Of a DNA stretch of 64,000 nt, positions 52,137 through 61,463 are shown in pieces; the stretch's first letter is position 1; each line of letters opens with the position of its first letter. This DNA is from a bacterium (lineage in GTDB: Bacteria; Bacillota; Clostridia; Lachnospirales; Lachnospiraceae). The notes beneath the pieces were generated by a model. That model worked only from the letters and a program-made list of their open reading frames with translations, was not told the origin of the DNA and did no database searches. A program made the translations under genes and the position numbers. The DNA is taken from assembly GCA_963624695.1 (NCBI GenBank), contig CAVFRH010000083.1:28185-92184 (forward strand), written 5' to 3'.

Positions 52137-53299
52137 GATTCAATGAATTCCGCATCAAGCATCTCATTTGCTGCGTCTGCATACTCCTGATATGGATCTG
52201 CACTGTCTCCCCGAACAAGGTGTATGTCACTCTCCTCATTCAAGTCCCAGCCTTCCCTCAGCCCTGCAATCATCCAGGCAACCAAATCTTTTATCTCCGC
52301 CTGCTTTAAGGCCATCTCGTAGATTTTTTCGATTCTGTTAAAATTGCCTGCCGCTGCTTTTATAATGGCGGTCTCATCCCGCACGGACATTCCCTCCGGG
52401 ATCATGTCCTCAAATTTGATCAGCATATCTGCATCTACCTTAAAGCTTTCGATGATCGGCATGGAATAATTTGGATTTCTTGAGATTTCAAAATCAATTG
52501 CCACTACCTTTGCTCCCGCTCCGCCTCTGACCGGGGTACATTCTACATGAATGTCAGTGATCGCATTGATCTCGTCTACCGCCGGAAGCAATACACGGCG
52601 TCTAAAGTCTCTCCAGTTTATGTTTTTCTTCGCATCCGGACCGGCAATTTTATTTACAATGTATTCTGAATTTTTTCCGGCTTCCAGGGCGGACTGAACC
52701 TTGTCATCGTTAATGTCTACCTGTCCTGTGTACACCATAAAATCATATAAGTCATAGCGGACTGTTACATGATCCTGTCCCGACTTGATCTTGTAAAGAT
52801 GCGTGCGTAGTATTTCGTATATTCTGTAGGCCGAATTTGACCTTCCCTTTGAAAAAGACAGAAGGATGGACAGCTTCATGGGCGTGTAATTGTTTGACAA
52901 TTTGAAAATATGTTCTCGGATGCTCTTATCAAAGGAAACTGTGAAAACTCCATCCTTGTATTCGCATTCCCTTACAATAACCGACATTTTAAAATTATTT
53001 CGTGTCCTGTCCTGAATGACAAAGAAGTTCTGCATCAGATGCTTGGCACTGTACTTCAGCTTTGTATAAATGGATTTGCTGTCTTCCTCATTTAAAAGGG
53101 CCTTCAGTTCCGCTGCAGAAAAGGAAACCGTAAGGTCCTGATCGTTTCCGTAGCTTCTGTTTTGCAGGCGGCTGATGGACAACACCAAAAGCTTGCTTTC
53201 CAGCAATGTTGCCTTATATTTTGAACTGATAAATTCATTGGACCGAGTAACTACCGTATCATTTCCGCTCAGTGATAATATTTCCTTCTTCTCTTTCAA
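52133..53299 (-). CDS. plasmid-type replication initiator (RepB/Rep_3-like)
   Basis: N-terminus VVTRSNEFISSKYKATLLESKLLVLSISRLQ is typical of Rep_3 initiators. The gene is directly preceded by an iteron field. Confidence 0.75.
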   Translation of the reverse strand: MKEKKEILSLSGNDTVVTRSNEFISSKYKATLLESKLLVLSISRLQNRSYGNDQDLTVSFSAAELKALLNEEDSKSIYTKLKYSAKHLMQNFFVIQDRTRNNFKMSVIVRECEYKDGVFTVSFDKSIREHIFKLSNNYTPMKLSILLSFSKGRSNSAYRIYEILRTHLYKIKSGQDHVTVRYDLYDFMVYTGQVDINDDKVQSALEAGKNSEYIVNKIAGPDAKKNINWRDFRRRVLLPAVDEINAITDIHVECTPVRGGAGAKVVAIDFEISRNPNYSMPIIESFKVDADMLIKFEDMIPEGMSVRDETAIIKAAAGNFNRIEKIYEMALKQAEIKDLVAWMIAGLREGWDLNEESDIHLVRGDSADPYQEYADAANEMLDAEFIES

Positions 53300-53319
53300 A
53301 GCATTTCTCCCCTATCTTT

Positions 53320-54145
53320 TTGTGGCATTACTTTAGACCACTCATTCAAACTTATGCCACAGTTGTTTTTCGATTATAAAAGATCATTCGTACTGTGTCA
53401 ACAGTTTATACCAGCATTCTAAAGAGATGCCACATCTCCTATCATTCTCTCTCTTAGGCTGCAAACAGCTCCAGCTGACAGCTTTTTATTGTTTATAATA
53501 AAGAACAACATTTATTTCTTTTATTAAGAAGGGGAAATCCCTTGTAAAATAAGTCTTTTTCTTCATCGGCTGTGGCAGAAATTGAACCGTGGTGGGGCAG
53601 AAATGAAGAAACGCTGTGGCAGAATTTATACTCAGCTGTGGCGCTCCCATAGACAGCAAACTTTGCGAGACGTGGCAAATTTGCAGAAAAGAAATGGCAA
53701 ATTTCTCCCTAAGTTGTGGCATTTATTTCCACTTATCATGGCAAAAATAAGACCTGACCTTCTTTACACCCCGTAACTTATGGCATTTGTTTCAAATGCA
53801 AGTTCAAATAAATGCCACAGCTGTGAAAAATGTCTCGAATTCCGGCTATTTTCTATTAAATAAGCGATCGAAAGAAGAAAAAAGAGGTATATTTCAGATA
53901 TTTTTGCACCAAAAGAAAAGTTCGAGTCTAAATAAATGCCACAAGTAAAGTTTGGAATCCTTTAGATGTGGCATTTATTTGAACTAAAATCCGAAAAAAG
54001 TGGCAAAATAAAAGACTTTATACTTTACTTATGGCAATTCTTTCAACAAAAAAGCCTTTTCCAGAAAAGATGTGGCATTTATTTAGACAAAAGAAGCAAG
54101 ATGATTTTTAAAATAGAATTTATAAAAAAATCTGCCACTGGCAGC
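53320..54145. repeat. iteron field (putative theta-type origin) upstream of rep
   Basis: There are about 19 copies of the (T)GTGGCA core.
- Five perfect 14-mers TGTGGCATTTATTT: 53715-28 (+), 53806-19 (-), 53930-43 (-), 53967-80 (+), 54071-84 (+).
- Two blocks of four direct copies with exact 22-bp phasing (GGCA at 53574, 53596, 53618, 53640 and at 53674, 53696, 53718, 53740).
- Further copies at 53321 (+), 53354 (-), 53427 (-), 53779 (+), 53999 (+), 54030 (+).
- A TGCCACTGGCA palindrome at 54133. Confidence 0.8.
53472..53530. other. AT-rich stretch, candidate DNA-unwinding element
   Basis: ctttttattgtttataataaagaacaacatttatttcttttattaag lies between the rep-proximal and distal iteron groups. 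Confidence 0.3.
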
Positions 54146-54162
54146 TTTCCTTGCATACTTTG

Positions 54163-54196
54163 GTATAAAAAACAGCTCCGGAAATTTCCGGAGCTG
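54163..54196 (-). terminator. rho-independent terminator of the eda-containing operon
   Basis: Perfect 12-bp palindrome cagctccggaaa/tttccggagctg (54173-54196), followed on the minus strand by TTTTTTATACC. Confidence 0.65.
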
Positions 54197-54226
54197 CAAA
54201 TCTCTCTCTGTTCAATTCGATTCACA

Positions 54227-54853
54227 TCATTTTATGCTTTCAACCGCTTCCCGCGTCAGTTCTTCAATCTTGTCAAATTCGCCATTTTTGATCAATGAGT
54301 CTTTGACCATCCATGTTCCCCCGCAGGCTAAGACCTTGTCAAAAGCAAGATATTCCTTGACATTCTGAGCATTTATCCCACCCGTAGGCATAAAGCTGAG
54401 CATATGAAACGGGCCGGAAAAAGCCTTGATCGCAGGCAGACCTCCATTGACTTCAGCAGGAAAGAATTTTACAACATCGAGACCAAGTTCCAAAGCTTTT
54501 TCGATTTCACTGGCTGTCGCAACGCCTGGAAAAATCGGTATCTTCTTTTCCTGGCAATACAGAACCGTTTTTGGATTCAGTCCCGGACTTACAATGAATT
54601 TTGCTCCGGCTGCAATCGCCTCATCTACCTGATCTGTCGTAAGGACCGTTCCAGCCCCTACCAGCATATCCGGATATGCTTCCGTCATCTTTCGAATTGC
54701 CTCTCCTGCTGCCTCTGTCCGGAATGTAACCTCCGCACAAGCAAGGCCACCGCGCACTAAAGCTGCAGCCAATGAAACCGCATCCTTTGCGTCATCTATT
54801 TTAACAACCGGAACGATCCTTAATGCACGAATTTTTTCTTTTAATTCATTCAT
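54227..54853 (-). CDS. eda: 2-dehydro-3-deoxyphosphogluconate (KDPG) / 4-hydroxy-2-oxoglutarate aldolase
   Basis: Motifs VPVVKI, EVTFRT, GAGTVLT, and VKFFPAE (Schiff-base Lys region). Confidence 0.85.
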   Translation of the reverse strand: MNELKEKIRALRIVPVVKIDDAKDAVSLAAALVRGGLACAEVTFRTEAAGEAIRKMTEAYPDMLVGAGTVLTTDQVDEAIAAGAKFIVSPGLNPKTVLYCQEKKIPIFPGVATASEIEKALELGLDVVKFFPAEVNGGLPAIKAFSGPFHMLSFMPTGGINAQNVKEYLAFDKVLACGGTWMVKDSLIKNGEFDKIEELTREAVESIK

Positions 54854-54868
54854 AATGCTTTTCCTCCA

Positions 54869-55411
54869 TTACCAGTGTGTCTTTGTGGCTGTTTCGTTGG
54901 CTGTATGATCTCTGCGGCTCAAAAGAAGGCACAAAGCATCCAGTGTAATATGCAAACTCTGATCAAATAAGGAGCTAAGGAGCTGTATGGATCCTCTCTC
55001 ATTTCCCATATCACCTTTCACCGTTCCCGGAATAACGAGAACCGTATCCGCATTTTCCGTTAATGGAGATTCCTTCTTGCTGGTTACAGCGATCACCGTG
55101 CATCCTGCCTTCTTGGCTTTCGCTGCATCCCCAACTACACCGGCACTTTTTCCGGAACCGGAAACACCTATGAAGACATCCCCCTCAGCCATAGCCGGAG
55201 TAATTGTCTCACCAACAAAATAAACCGTATAGCCGATGTGCATAAGGCGCATCGCAAATCCTCTTGCCGAATATCCGGAACGGCCTTCTCCGGACACGAA
55301 TACCCGGTGTTCCTTATTAAGCTGCTTCATAACTGCCTCAAGTTCTTCTTCACTTACTTTTTCTATGACAGAATTGATTTCTGCCATGATATCTTTCAAA
55401 ACCTCTACCAT
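54869..55411 (-). CDS. hxlB: SIS-domain 6-phospho-3-hexuloisomerase-like protein
   Basis: GEGRSGYSARGFAMRLMHIG and GVSGSGKS SIS motifs. 180 aa. Adjacent to the HPS-like gene. Confidence 0.7.
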   Translation of the reverse strand: MVEVLKDIMAEINSVIEKVSEEELEAVMKQLNKEHRVFVSGEGRSGYSARGFAMRLMHIGYTVYFVGETITPAMAEGDVFIGVSGSGKSAGVVGDAAKAKKAGCTVIAVTSKKESPLTENADTVLVIPGTVKGDMGNERGSIQLLSSLFDQSLHITLDALCLLLSRRDHTANETATKTHW

Positions 55412-55412
55412 A

Positions 55413-56042
55413 TCAATACCTCTTTATTTCTTCTGAAAACAATCCGGTCTCTTTCTTGATATCCTCAGATTTGGTAATTGCACTTCCTACGATAACGATG
55501 TCTATGTTGTGTGCCGCCATCAGGGAAATATTGTTCAACTTAACGCCACCGGCCACGGCCAATTTTTTTACGCCGTTCATGCTTTCACACATATCCCTGA
55601 CCATTTCTTCCAGACCGTCGCCTTCCTTGTCTGCCGGAAGATGCAAGCAGAAAATAGCCTCCGGAAACTCCTTTTTCAAACTTTCCAAGCGATCCTTTGG
55701 CACTTCCAAAAGATCGATCATATATTCTTTTCCAAACTGCTCGGCCACCTGTGCACAGGACTTAATCGTTGTCAGCGATGAAAAGCCCATAACGGTTGCA
55801 ATGTCGCATCCGTTTTCATAAGCTTTCTGAAATTCATATGCTCCTTCATCGCAGGTTTTTATATCCGCCAGGATGCATTGTTCCGGAAATTTTTTCTTTA
55901 AGGTACCGACACTGCCGGCAAGGCCAAAATCCTTGATCAAAGAAGTTCCAACCTCTATAATATCTGCCCGGCCGGATGTAGCTGCAATGACATTTCCTGC
56001 AGACTCTACGGATACCCTGTCGATTGCCACCTGAAGTCTCAT
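55413..56042 (-). CDS. hxlA: 3-hexulose-6-phosphate synthase-like protein (OMP-decarboxylase superfamily; the alternative is a 3-keto-L-gulonate-6-P decarboxylase type)
   Basis: MRLQVAIDR, IIEVGTSLIK, LADIKTCDEG (closer to the HPS DLKTMDAG than the UlaD DAKIADAG), VAGGVK, IVIVGSAI. Confidence 0.65.
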   Translation of the reverse strand: MRLQVAIDRVSVESAGNVIAATSGRADIIEVGTSLIKDFGLAGSVGTLKKKFPEQCILADIKTCDEGAYEFQKAYENGCDIATVMGFSSLTTIKSCAQVAEQFGKEYMIDLLEVPKDRLESLKKEFPEAIFCLHLPADKEGDGLEEMVRDMCESMNGVKKLAVAGGVKLNNISLMAAHNIDIVIVGSAITKSEDIKKETGLFSEEIKRY

Positions 56043-56980
56043 TGTGCCTTCTCCTTCATATAACGATCCAGCTCTTCCTTTGTTGGAAGACCTTCATTGT
56101 CACCGGCTACAGATACCTGGATTGAACCGATTGCATTCCCACGTTTTATCATTTCCGGAAGACTTTTCTCTTCAAGCCATGCACTGATCACACCTACTGC
56201 AAATCCATCTCCTGCTCCTACAGTATCCACAACCTTCTCCACCTTATATCCTGAGTAAGCTGCTTTTCCCTCGTCACTGTCCACATAAGCACCACGGGAT
56301 CCGTCTTTGACAATGACGATCTTGGCTCCATTTTTTCGATAAAATTCTGCTATCTTTGCTGGCTCATCGCTTCCCATAAGAATTTTTCCTTCTCCGGTTC
56401 CCGGAAGTACGATATCTGCCTTGAAGGCAATATCATTGATCGTCTGAATCATCACATCCTGGCTCTCCCACAATGTCGGACGAAGATTTGGATCGAAGCA
56501 GACAAGCATCTGATTTTCTCTGGCTCGCTCAATCAGCCGATAGGTTGCTTCCCTGGTACTTTTGGAAAGTGCCGGAGCAATACCTGTGATATGGAGCACT
56601 TTCGCCCCATTTAAATCGATCTTGTCAATGTCTTCAACTGACATATGAGAAGCCGCACTGTTTCGGCGATAATAAAACACCTCCGGGTCACCCTCTGTCA
56701 CCTTGCTTTTAAGCTGATAGCCTGTAAAATGATCCGCATCTTTTGTAATGCATACATCAAGCCCTTCTGCCTTTAATCTGTTTTCGATGCTTGTTCCGAA
56801 CGGATCTGTTCCAAGTCTTGTAACATATGTTACGGAATGTCCCAGTCTTTTTAAGCCAATTGCAACATTCACTTCCGCTCCTGCGAGCATTCTCGTAAAC
56901 TCTTCCACCTCATAAAGCGGTCCGCAGGTCTTGGCCACGAACATCACCATGGGTTCTCCAAATAATATAACTTCCGACAT
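56039..56980 (-). CDS. kdgK: PfkB-family sugar kinase, 2-dehydro-3-deoxygluconokinase-like
   Basis: N-terminus VILFGEPMVMF..GAEVNVAIGL and C-terminal DTVGAGDGF motif. Co-operonic with eda. Confidence 0.75.
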   Translation of the reverse strand: MSEVILFGEPMVMFVAKTCGPLYEVEEFTRMLAGAEVNVAIGLKRLGHSVTYVTRLGTDPFGTSIENRLKAEGLDVCITKDADHFTGYQLKSKVTEGDPEVFYYRRNSAASHMSVEDIDKIDLNGAKVLHITGIAPALSKSTREATYRLIERARENQMLVCFDPNLRPTLWESQDVMIQTINDIAFKADIVLPGTGEGKILMGSDEPAKIAEFYRKNGAKIVIVKDGSRGAYVDSDEGKAAYSGYKVEKVVDTVGAGDGFAVGVISAWLEEKSLPEMIKRGNAIGSIQVSVAGDNEGLPTKEELDRYMKEKAQ

Positions 56981-56999
56981 AATTTACCTCTTTTTCAAG

Positions 57000-57980
57000 T
57001 TATGTCGTCTCCCTTAATACGAGCTCCGGAATAACCACTAAAGAAGCCGTTTCTTTTTTCTTAGAAAGTACTTCTAAAAGCAACTGAACCGTCAGTTCAC
57101 TGAGTACCTCACCCTTATTGTTCACCGTTGAAAGCATTGGACTGCAGATATAAGAATATTCCGAATTGTTGCATCCGATTAAAGCAATTTCCTCCGGAAT
57201 CTTCACACCACACTTGCGCCACTCATTCATCGCACCAACTGCCGTGAGATCCTCACCGAAGACGACACCGTCATAACCTTTTTTTCTCAATATGTGGGCT
57301 ACTTTTGCTCCACCTTCCACGCCGTATGCGGTTCGATATACATCCTCTTCCGGATGCTTACAGCCAAATGCTTTCATTGCTTTCAAAAAACCATCTCTCT
57401 TTCGGTCTGCTGCATTTGTGTATTTATCTATCACATAGGCTAATTTTTCCCGACCATTCTTTTGCAAATGCTCAACAGCCAGTTCCATTCCTCTTCCTTC
57501 ATCTACGATGACGGAATAAACATTTTTTCGGTCAAGAAATCCATTGGCCATAACAATCGGTATGTCATTCAAAAGATTAAGGGTTTCGTCATCACACAAA
57601 TGATTAAAAATAGATCCAACCAAAATAATGCCATCTACCTGCCTTTGTGCAAGCATCCGCAAATATTTCCGGCACTCCTCTTTTCCTTCGCCGGTATTGC
57701 AGACCAGAACCATATAACCTTCCTCTGAAAGTCGCTGCTCCATAATATAGGAAGTCAGAGCATAGTGTGGAACCCTGACATCCACGACAACAATCGCCAC
57801 TGTTTTCATGGATCCTGTCGCCAGTCCTCTGGCAATACCGCTAGGCTGATATTCATTGTGTTCAAGGACAGCCTGTATCTTTTCTCTTGTTTTTTCGCTT
57901 ACATATCCTTTGTTATTGATTACTCTTGATACGGTAGTAATGGATACTCCTGCTTCTTTTGCAATATCATATATGGTCAT
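57000..57980 (-). CDS. LacI-family transcriptional regulator
   Basis: HTH MTIYDIAKEAGVSITTVSRVINNKGYVSEKTREKI plus a periplasmic-binding-fold effector domain. Confidence 0.9.
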   Translation of the reverse strand: MTIYDIAKEAGVSITTVSRVINNKGYVSEKTREKIQAVLEHNEYQPSGIARGLATGSMKTVAIVVVDVRVPHYALTSYIMEQRLSEEGYMVLVCNTGEGKEECRKYLRMLAQRQVDGIILVGSIFNHLCDDETLNLLNDIPIVMANGFLDRKNVYSVIVDEGRGMELAVEHLQKNGREKLAYVIDKYTNAADRKRDGFLKAMKAFGCKHPEEDVYRTAYGVEGGAKVAHILRKKGYDGVVFGEDLTAVGAMNEWRKCGVKIPEEIALIGCNNSEYSYICSPMLSTVNNKGEVLSELTVQLLLEVLSKKKETASLVVIPELVLRETT

Positions 57981-58084
57981 AATCTATTCCCGTTCTTTCT
58001 CGTATTGATTGCAAAAGTATCATAAACAATCTACCCCTAATTTTCAAGAAGAGCAGAAAATAAGAAATTCGGGATTCTTCTAAC

Positions 58085-58543
58085 TTAATTCACCTTGACT
58101 TTTACAACTATTTTTTTTACATGACATGGCTCTTTCCCGATACATCTGGGCTGATGACCATCGTCAGGTGATACTACAGCAAAATCTCCTTTCTTCAAAT
58201 GAAGACGACCGCTTATTTGGGGAAACTGGTAAAACTCCAGATCGCATTTTTCATCATATCCGGTATCTTTTTCCAGTTCCTTGACAGAAATAAAACCAAA
58301 ATACTCTTCACCCTCTGCCATATACTGAATGTCAAAATATTTCCTGTGTGACTCAAACTTACACTCTTCAAAAGGTTTCGTCACATACTCCTGAACCTCC
58401 GCAAAAATATCATCTCCATCGATTTCAATTTTTCCTTCATGCAGAGAGGAAAAATCTGTTTCTTTCAAAAAAGCAAACGCCTTTTGAAATCTTTCTCCCA
58501 GATAGTCATATTTCTGCGCATTTGTAATTGTCGTTGTTAACAT
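58085..58543 (-). CDS. YhcH/YjgK/YiaL-family (DUF386) protein
   Basis: 152-aa cupin-like protein. Family-typical features (..FESHRKYFDIQY..GEE.., ..DFAVVSPDDGHQP). ATG 58543 is preceded by AAGAGGTG. Confidence 0.65.
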   Translation of the reverse strand: MLTTTITNAQKYDYLGERFQKAFAFLKETDFSSLHEGKIEIDGDDIFAEVQEYVTKPFEECKFESHRKYFDIQYMAEGEEYFGFISVKELEKDTGYDEKCDLEFYQFPQISGRLHLKKGDFAVVSPDDGHQPRCIGKEPCHVKKIVVKVKVN

Positions 58544-58599
58544 TGACACCTCTTTTCTAATATGGGAACCGGCACCTGCAAGCTGCGTAAATTTTTCAT

Positions 58600-59274
58600 T
58601 TACTTTTCTTTTCTGTCTCGAATTCCTGCCGCTTCCATTATCTCTTCAAATAAAGCCTCTGCTGCCTCGCTGTTATAGCTGTACATGAGAAGGACATCTA
58701 ACACGTATGGCGAAAAATCGATCCCGGATAGTTTCTTTGCAAAGGCCATTGCCGCCATTTCGCTTAAGGCTATTAGCCTTGATTTATTCGAAAATGGTTT
58801 TCGCCACAGTTCGATCTTTTCTGTCTGTGTAAAGATTTCCTTCCGTTTTCTGTACTCGATCCCATGAAATAATTCATGGGCAATCAGGATTTCTTTTAGA
58901 TCGGTATCTGGAAAAAGCATGCAAAGATCCTTGCTCGTGATTAAATCTTCTGCCTTTTTGACACAGTCCATATACACCGTAATTTCACTAGGTTCCGTGT
59001 ACTGGGCAAAAATGACATGCCCGCCGCCTGACGGAATAAGGGGTAGCTTCACCTCAAATCCCAGCTCTTTGCTTATCTCTTCTGCTGTCATCTGGGGATA
59101 TTCTTCTCTTAGGAGCATGGCTTCATCATTTCCGCATTTTATCGCACGTTTTGTATAAGATAACTTCTGTTCAGAAGTCAATTTGCGCTCAAGCGGTTCA
59201 TGATAAAAAGCATATCCGCCCCACTGCTCATCGGTCAGAGTTAGAAGTTCCTCTATCATGCTTTTGATCTTCAT
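58600..59274 (-). CDS. hypothetical protein with an HExxH zinc-metallopeptidase-like motif
   Basis: ILIAHELFHGIEYRK. GGAAAGGAGAGG RBS. No family recognised. Confidence 0.5.
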   Translation of the reverse strand: MKIKSMIEELLTLTDEQWGGYAFYHEPLERKLTSEQKLSYTKRAIKCGNDEAMLLREEYPQMTAEEISKELGFEVKLPLIPSGGGHVIFAQYTEPSEITVYMDCVKKAEDLITSKDLCMLFPDTDLKEILIAHELFHGIEYRKRKEIFTQTEKIELWRKPFSNKSRLIALSEMAAMAFAKKLSGIDFSPYVLDVLLMYSYNSEAAEALFEEIMEAAGIRDRKEK

Positions 59275-59306
59275 CTGCCCTCTCCTTTCCCGATCTGTCG
59301 AAATTT

Positions 59307-61436
59307 TTATGCCTGACTCTTAGCACCTACGACAACGATATCCATATTCTGATCCAGGCTCTGAAGTTCTACGTCCATCAACATAAGAACCTGTTCCAAT
59401 TCTCCGGATCCATTGAAATCCATTACTCTTGCACCGGCACAGATGTAATAATCCGGTCTTAAAATGGCGTCCGCTTTGTAAATTGCCAATTCTTCCCACA
59501 ATTTTGAAACCACACTTCTGTATCCGGAAGCCTTAGCCGCAATGGCAACACCATCTGTTCTCTGTACCTTTATGAAGCCTTTTTTATCGAGGATTCGAAT
59601 TGGCTTGCGATTTTTCTCTTCGGCCTGATAAACGTAGAAGTTCGGGATCCTGCATACCAGCTTGATCTGATCTTCCTTCTTTCTAAGATCAGCCGCAGCC
59701 AGTTTTCTCGCCTCTTCCTCCGTACATTCTTTCATCAGATCAGCGGTCTTAACTTCAGTAGAACCAAGCGCAATTGCCGTAAGCTTAGAGGTCTGCGGAT
59801 CAATTTCGATGTGTACTTCAACCGTATCCGGTGATGCGCCACTCTCTACTGCTTTATCGACTGCTTCCGCCTTTATGCTTCTGATGTCCTCCGCTGTTGG
59901 ATTTGGTACAACTCTTTCCACAACATCACGTACCATAGCCAGAGCTACACCAATAGAAGATATAACCTCTGCATTTTCCGGTACACTGTAATTAATGTTC
60001 ATTTTCTGAGCACAGAAGCCAATCAGTGATGTAGCGCCTCCGCCGACACCAACCAGAGCAATCTGGTCATGCTCAAGCTTATATTTATCTGCCAGTTCCA
60101 AGATAACTGGGCTGATTTTCTCATAGGCTCTCGTCAAAATCTGCGTTGCCACTTCCTCAACGGTCACACCAAGATAATCTGCCACCGGTTTCATGGCCTT
60201 GCGTGCTGAGTTTGCATTTCCATAAGAAAAATGCTCTGGCTTTACCAAGCCCAGTACATTGGCCGCACAGGAATTCGTGATTGTAATTCTCTTTCCGCTT
60301 TTCAACTTGATGGCTACATAATCTGACGGATCACCCTCTTTTGGAGAAAACAGCTCAAGCTGCGGGTCAACAATCTCTTCCTCCGGTGTAAATACCGCAT
60401 AATCCAGACCAGCGATATGAGCAGATCTTGGCCCTACATCTGACACACCACTTTTACTCAGACGAATCATACTTCCACCGGCAACACCTAAAACCCGGAC
60501 ATCCAAAGAGGTAATATAGGTCCGATGTCCTCCGACGATGGAATAATCAATCGCCGGCCGTCCATTTTTGATTACACCTATATTCGTTGTGGTACCGCCT
60601 ACCTCAAAGTAAACACCGTTGGAAGCACGCAGATACATCAACGAGCCCATAACAGAAGCTGCAGGACCAGACAGCATCGTCAAAACCGGACGTTTTTTCA
60701 TTTCATTGATTTCCATGACTCCGCCATCTCCACGCATGATCATAAGCGGAACCTTAACTCCGGCATTTCTTACAGACTGTTCGGTCTGATTGGCTGTGTT
60801 GAGCATTTTGGGAAGAATGCTGGCATTAATCGCTGCTGTCCTCGTTCTTCTTGTCAGGCCATACAGCTTCGTGATGTCGGAAGCGATACTCGTTTCCATT
60901 CCCATTTCACCCTTTGTTACATTGTAAATTGCCTGTTCTGAGCTCATATCGTCTACACCGAAGGCTTCCGAAGCAACAAAGACCTGTGCACCCTTGTTTT
61001 TCAGTTTTTTTGCTGCCTGCAGGATGTTATCGTGATTCAAATCTTTTTCTTTGATAAATTCATTGCAGATTTCAATCTTTCTTCCGGATCCAAGGTCTAT
61101 ATTGTGCAGCTTTGTCTGAGCCTTCGCTAAGAGTCCTTCCAGTCCGCCCTGAGAGCTTCCAATGACTCCTACCTTTGCCACATCGCCTTCGATCAATGCA
61201 TTTGTTGCCTGGGTTGTACTGTGTGCCACAAAGACAACATCTTCCGGATCGATCTTATTTTCCTTCAGACAATTTTCAAATGCCTGTACAACCCCGGCTG
61301 CTACGCCCGAAACATCATCATGTGTCGTTTTAACGGATGATTTTCCGATAATTTCCTGTGTTGCATTATCAATCGCTACTGCTTTCGTATGGGTACCGCC
61401 TACATCGATACCCATTCTAACTTTACGTTTACTCAT
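59307..61436 (-). CDS. hydantoinase/oxoprolinase-family (ASKHA-fold ATPase) protein
   Basis: N-terminal GIDVGGTHTKAV phosphate-1 motif and a second ASKHA half (LVGVGGGATSLIG). About 709 aa. ATG 61436 is preceded by GGAGGATG; alternative start at 61451. Confidence 0.75.
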   Translation of the reverse strand: MSKRKVRMGIDVGGTHTKAVAIDNATQEIIGKSSVKTTHDDVSGVAAGVVQAFENCLKENKIDPEDVVFVAHSTTQATNALIEGDVAKVGVIGSSQGGLEGLLAKAQTKLHNIDLGSGRKIEICNEFIKEKDLNHDNILQAAKKLKNKGAQVFVASEAFGVDDMSSEQAIYNVTKGEMGMETSIASDITKLYGLTRRTRTAAINASILPKMLNTANQTEQSVRNAGVKVPLMIMRGDGGVMEINEMKKRPVLTMLSGPAASVMGSLMYLRASNGVYFEVGGTTTNIGVIKNGRPAIDYSIVGGHRTYITSLDVRVLGVAGGSMIRLSKSGVSDVGPRSAHIAGLDYAVFTPEEEIVDPQLELFSPKEGDPSDYVAIKLKSGKRITITNSCAANVLGLVKPEHFSYGNANSARKAMKPVADYLGVTVEEVATQILTRAYEKISPVILELADKYKLEHDQIALVGVGGGATSLIGFCAQKMNINYSVPENAEVISSIGVALAMVRDVVERVVPNPTAEDIRSIKAEAVDKAVESGASPDTVEVHIEIDPQTSKLTAIALGSTEVKTADLMKECTEEEARKLAAADLRKKEDQIKLVCRIPNFYVYQAEEKNRKPIRILDKKGFIKVQRTDGVAIAAKASGYRSVVSKLWEELAIYKADAILRPDYYICAGARVMDFNGSGELEQVLMLMDVELQSLDQNMDIVVVGAKSQA

Positions 61437-61463
61437 TCTCACATCCTCCATCTGTATCCTGTT

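Noticed and set aside
51645-53299. Calling the Rep/DnaD-like pair a mobile element such as an IS, an ICE or a prophage.
   Set aside because: No transposase, integrase, terminal inverted repeats, att-like direct repeats or phage structural genes are visible in the window. I report it only as a replication module of uncertain status.
53320-54145. Possible CRISPR array suggested by the many short repeats.
   Set aside because: The repeat core is only 7-14 nt, occurs in both orientations and has 22-41 bp variable phasing. There are no 25-40 bp conserved repeats and no cas genes. The layout fits iterons next to a rep gene.
53486-54298. ORFs in the iteron region (53486..53722, 53493..53678, 53582..53776, 53966..54298).
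   Set aside because: They are made of the repeated GTGGCA units and AT-rich spacers, lack an RBS, and the last one runs antisense into eda. The region is better explained as non-coding origin and operator DNA.
54869-56042. The HPS/PHI pair as evidence of methylotrophy or a formaldehyde-assimilation island.
   Set aside because: No methanol or methylamine oxidation genes or formaldehyde sensor genes are present. The pair is embedded in a LacI/KdgK/Eda sugar-acid context, and HPS/PHI are widespread in non-methylotrophs.
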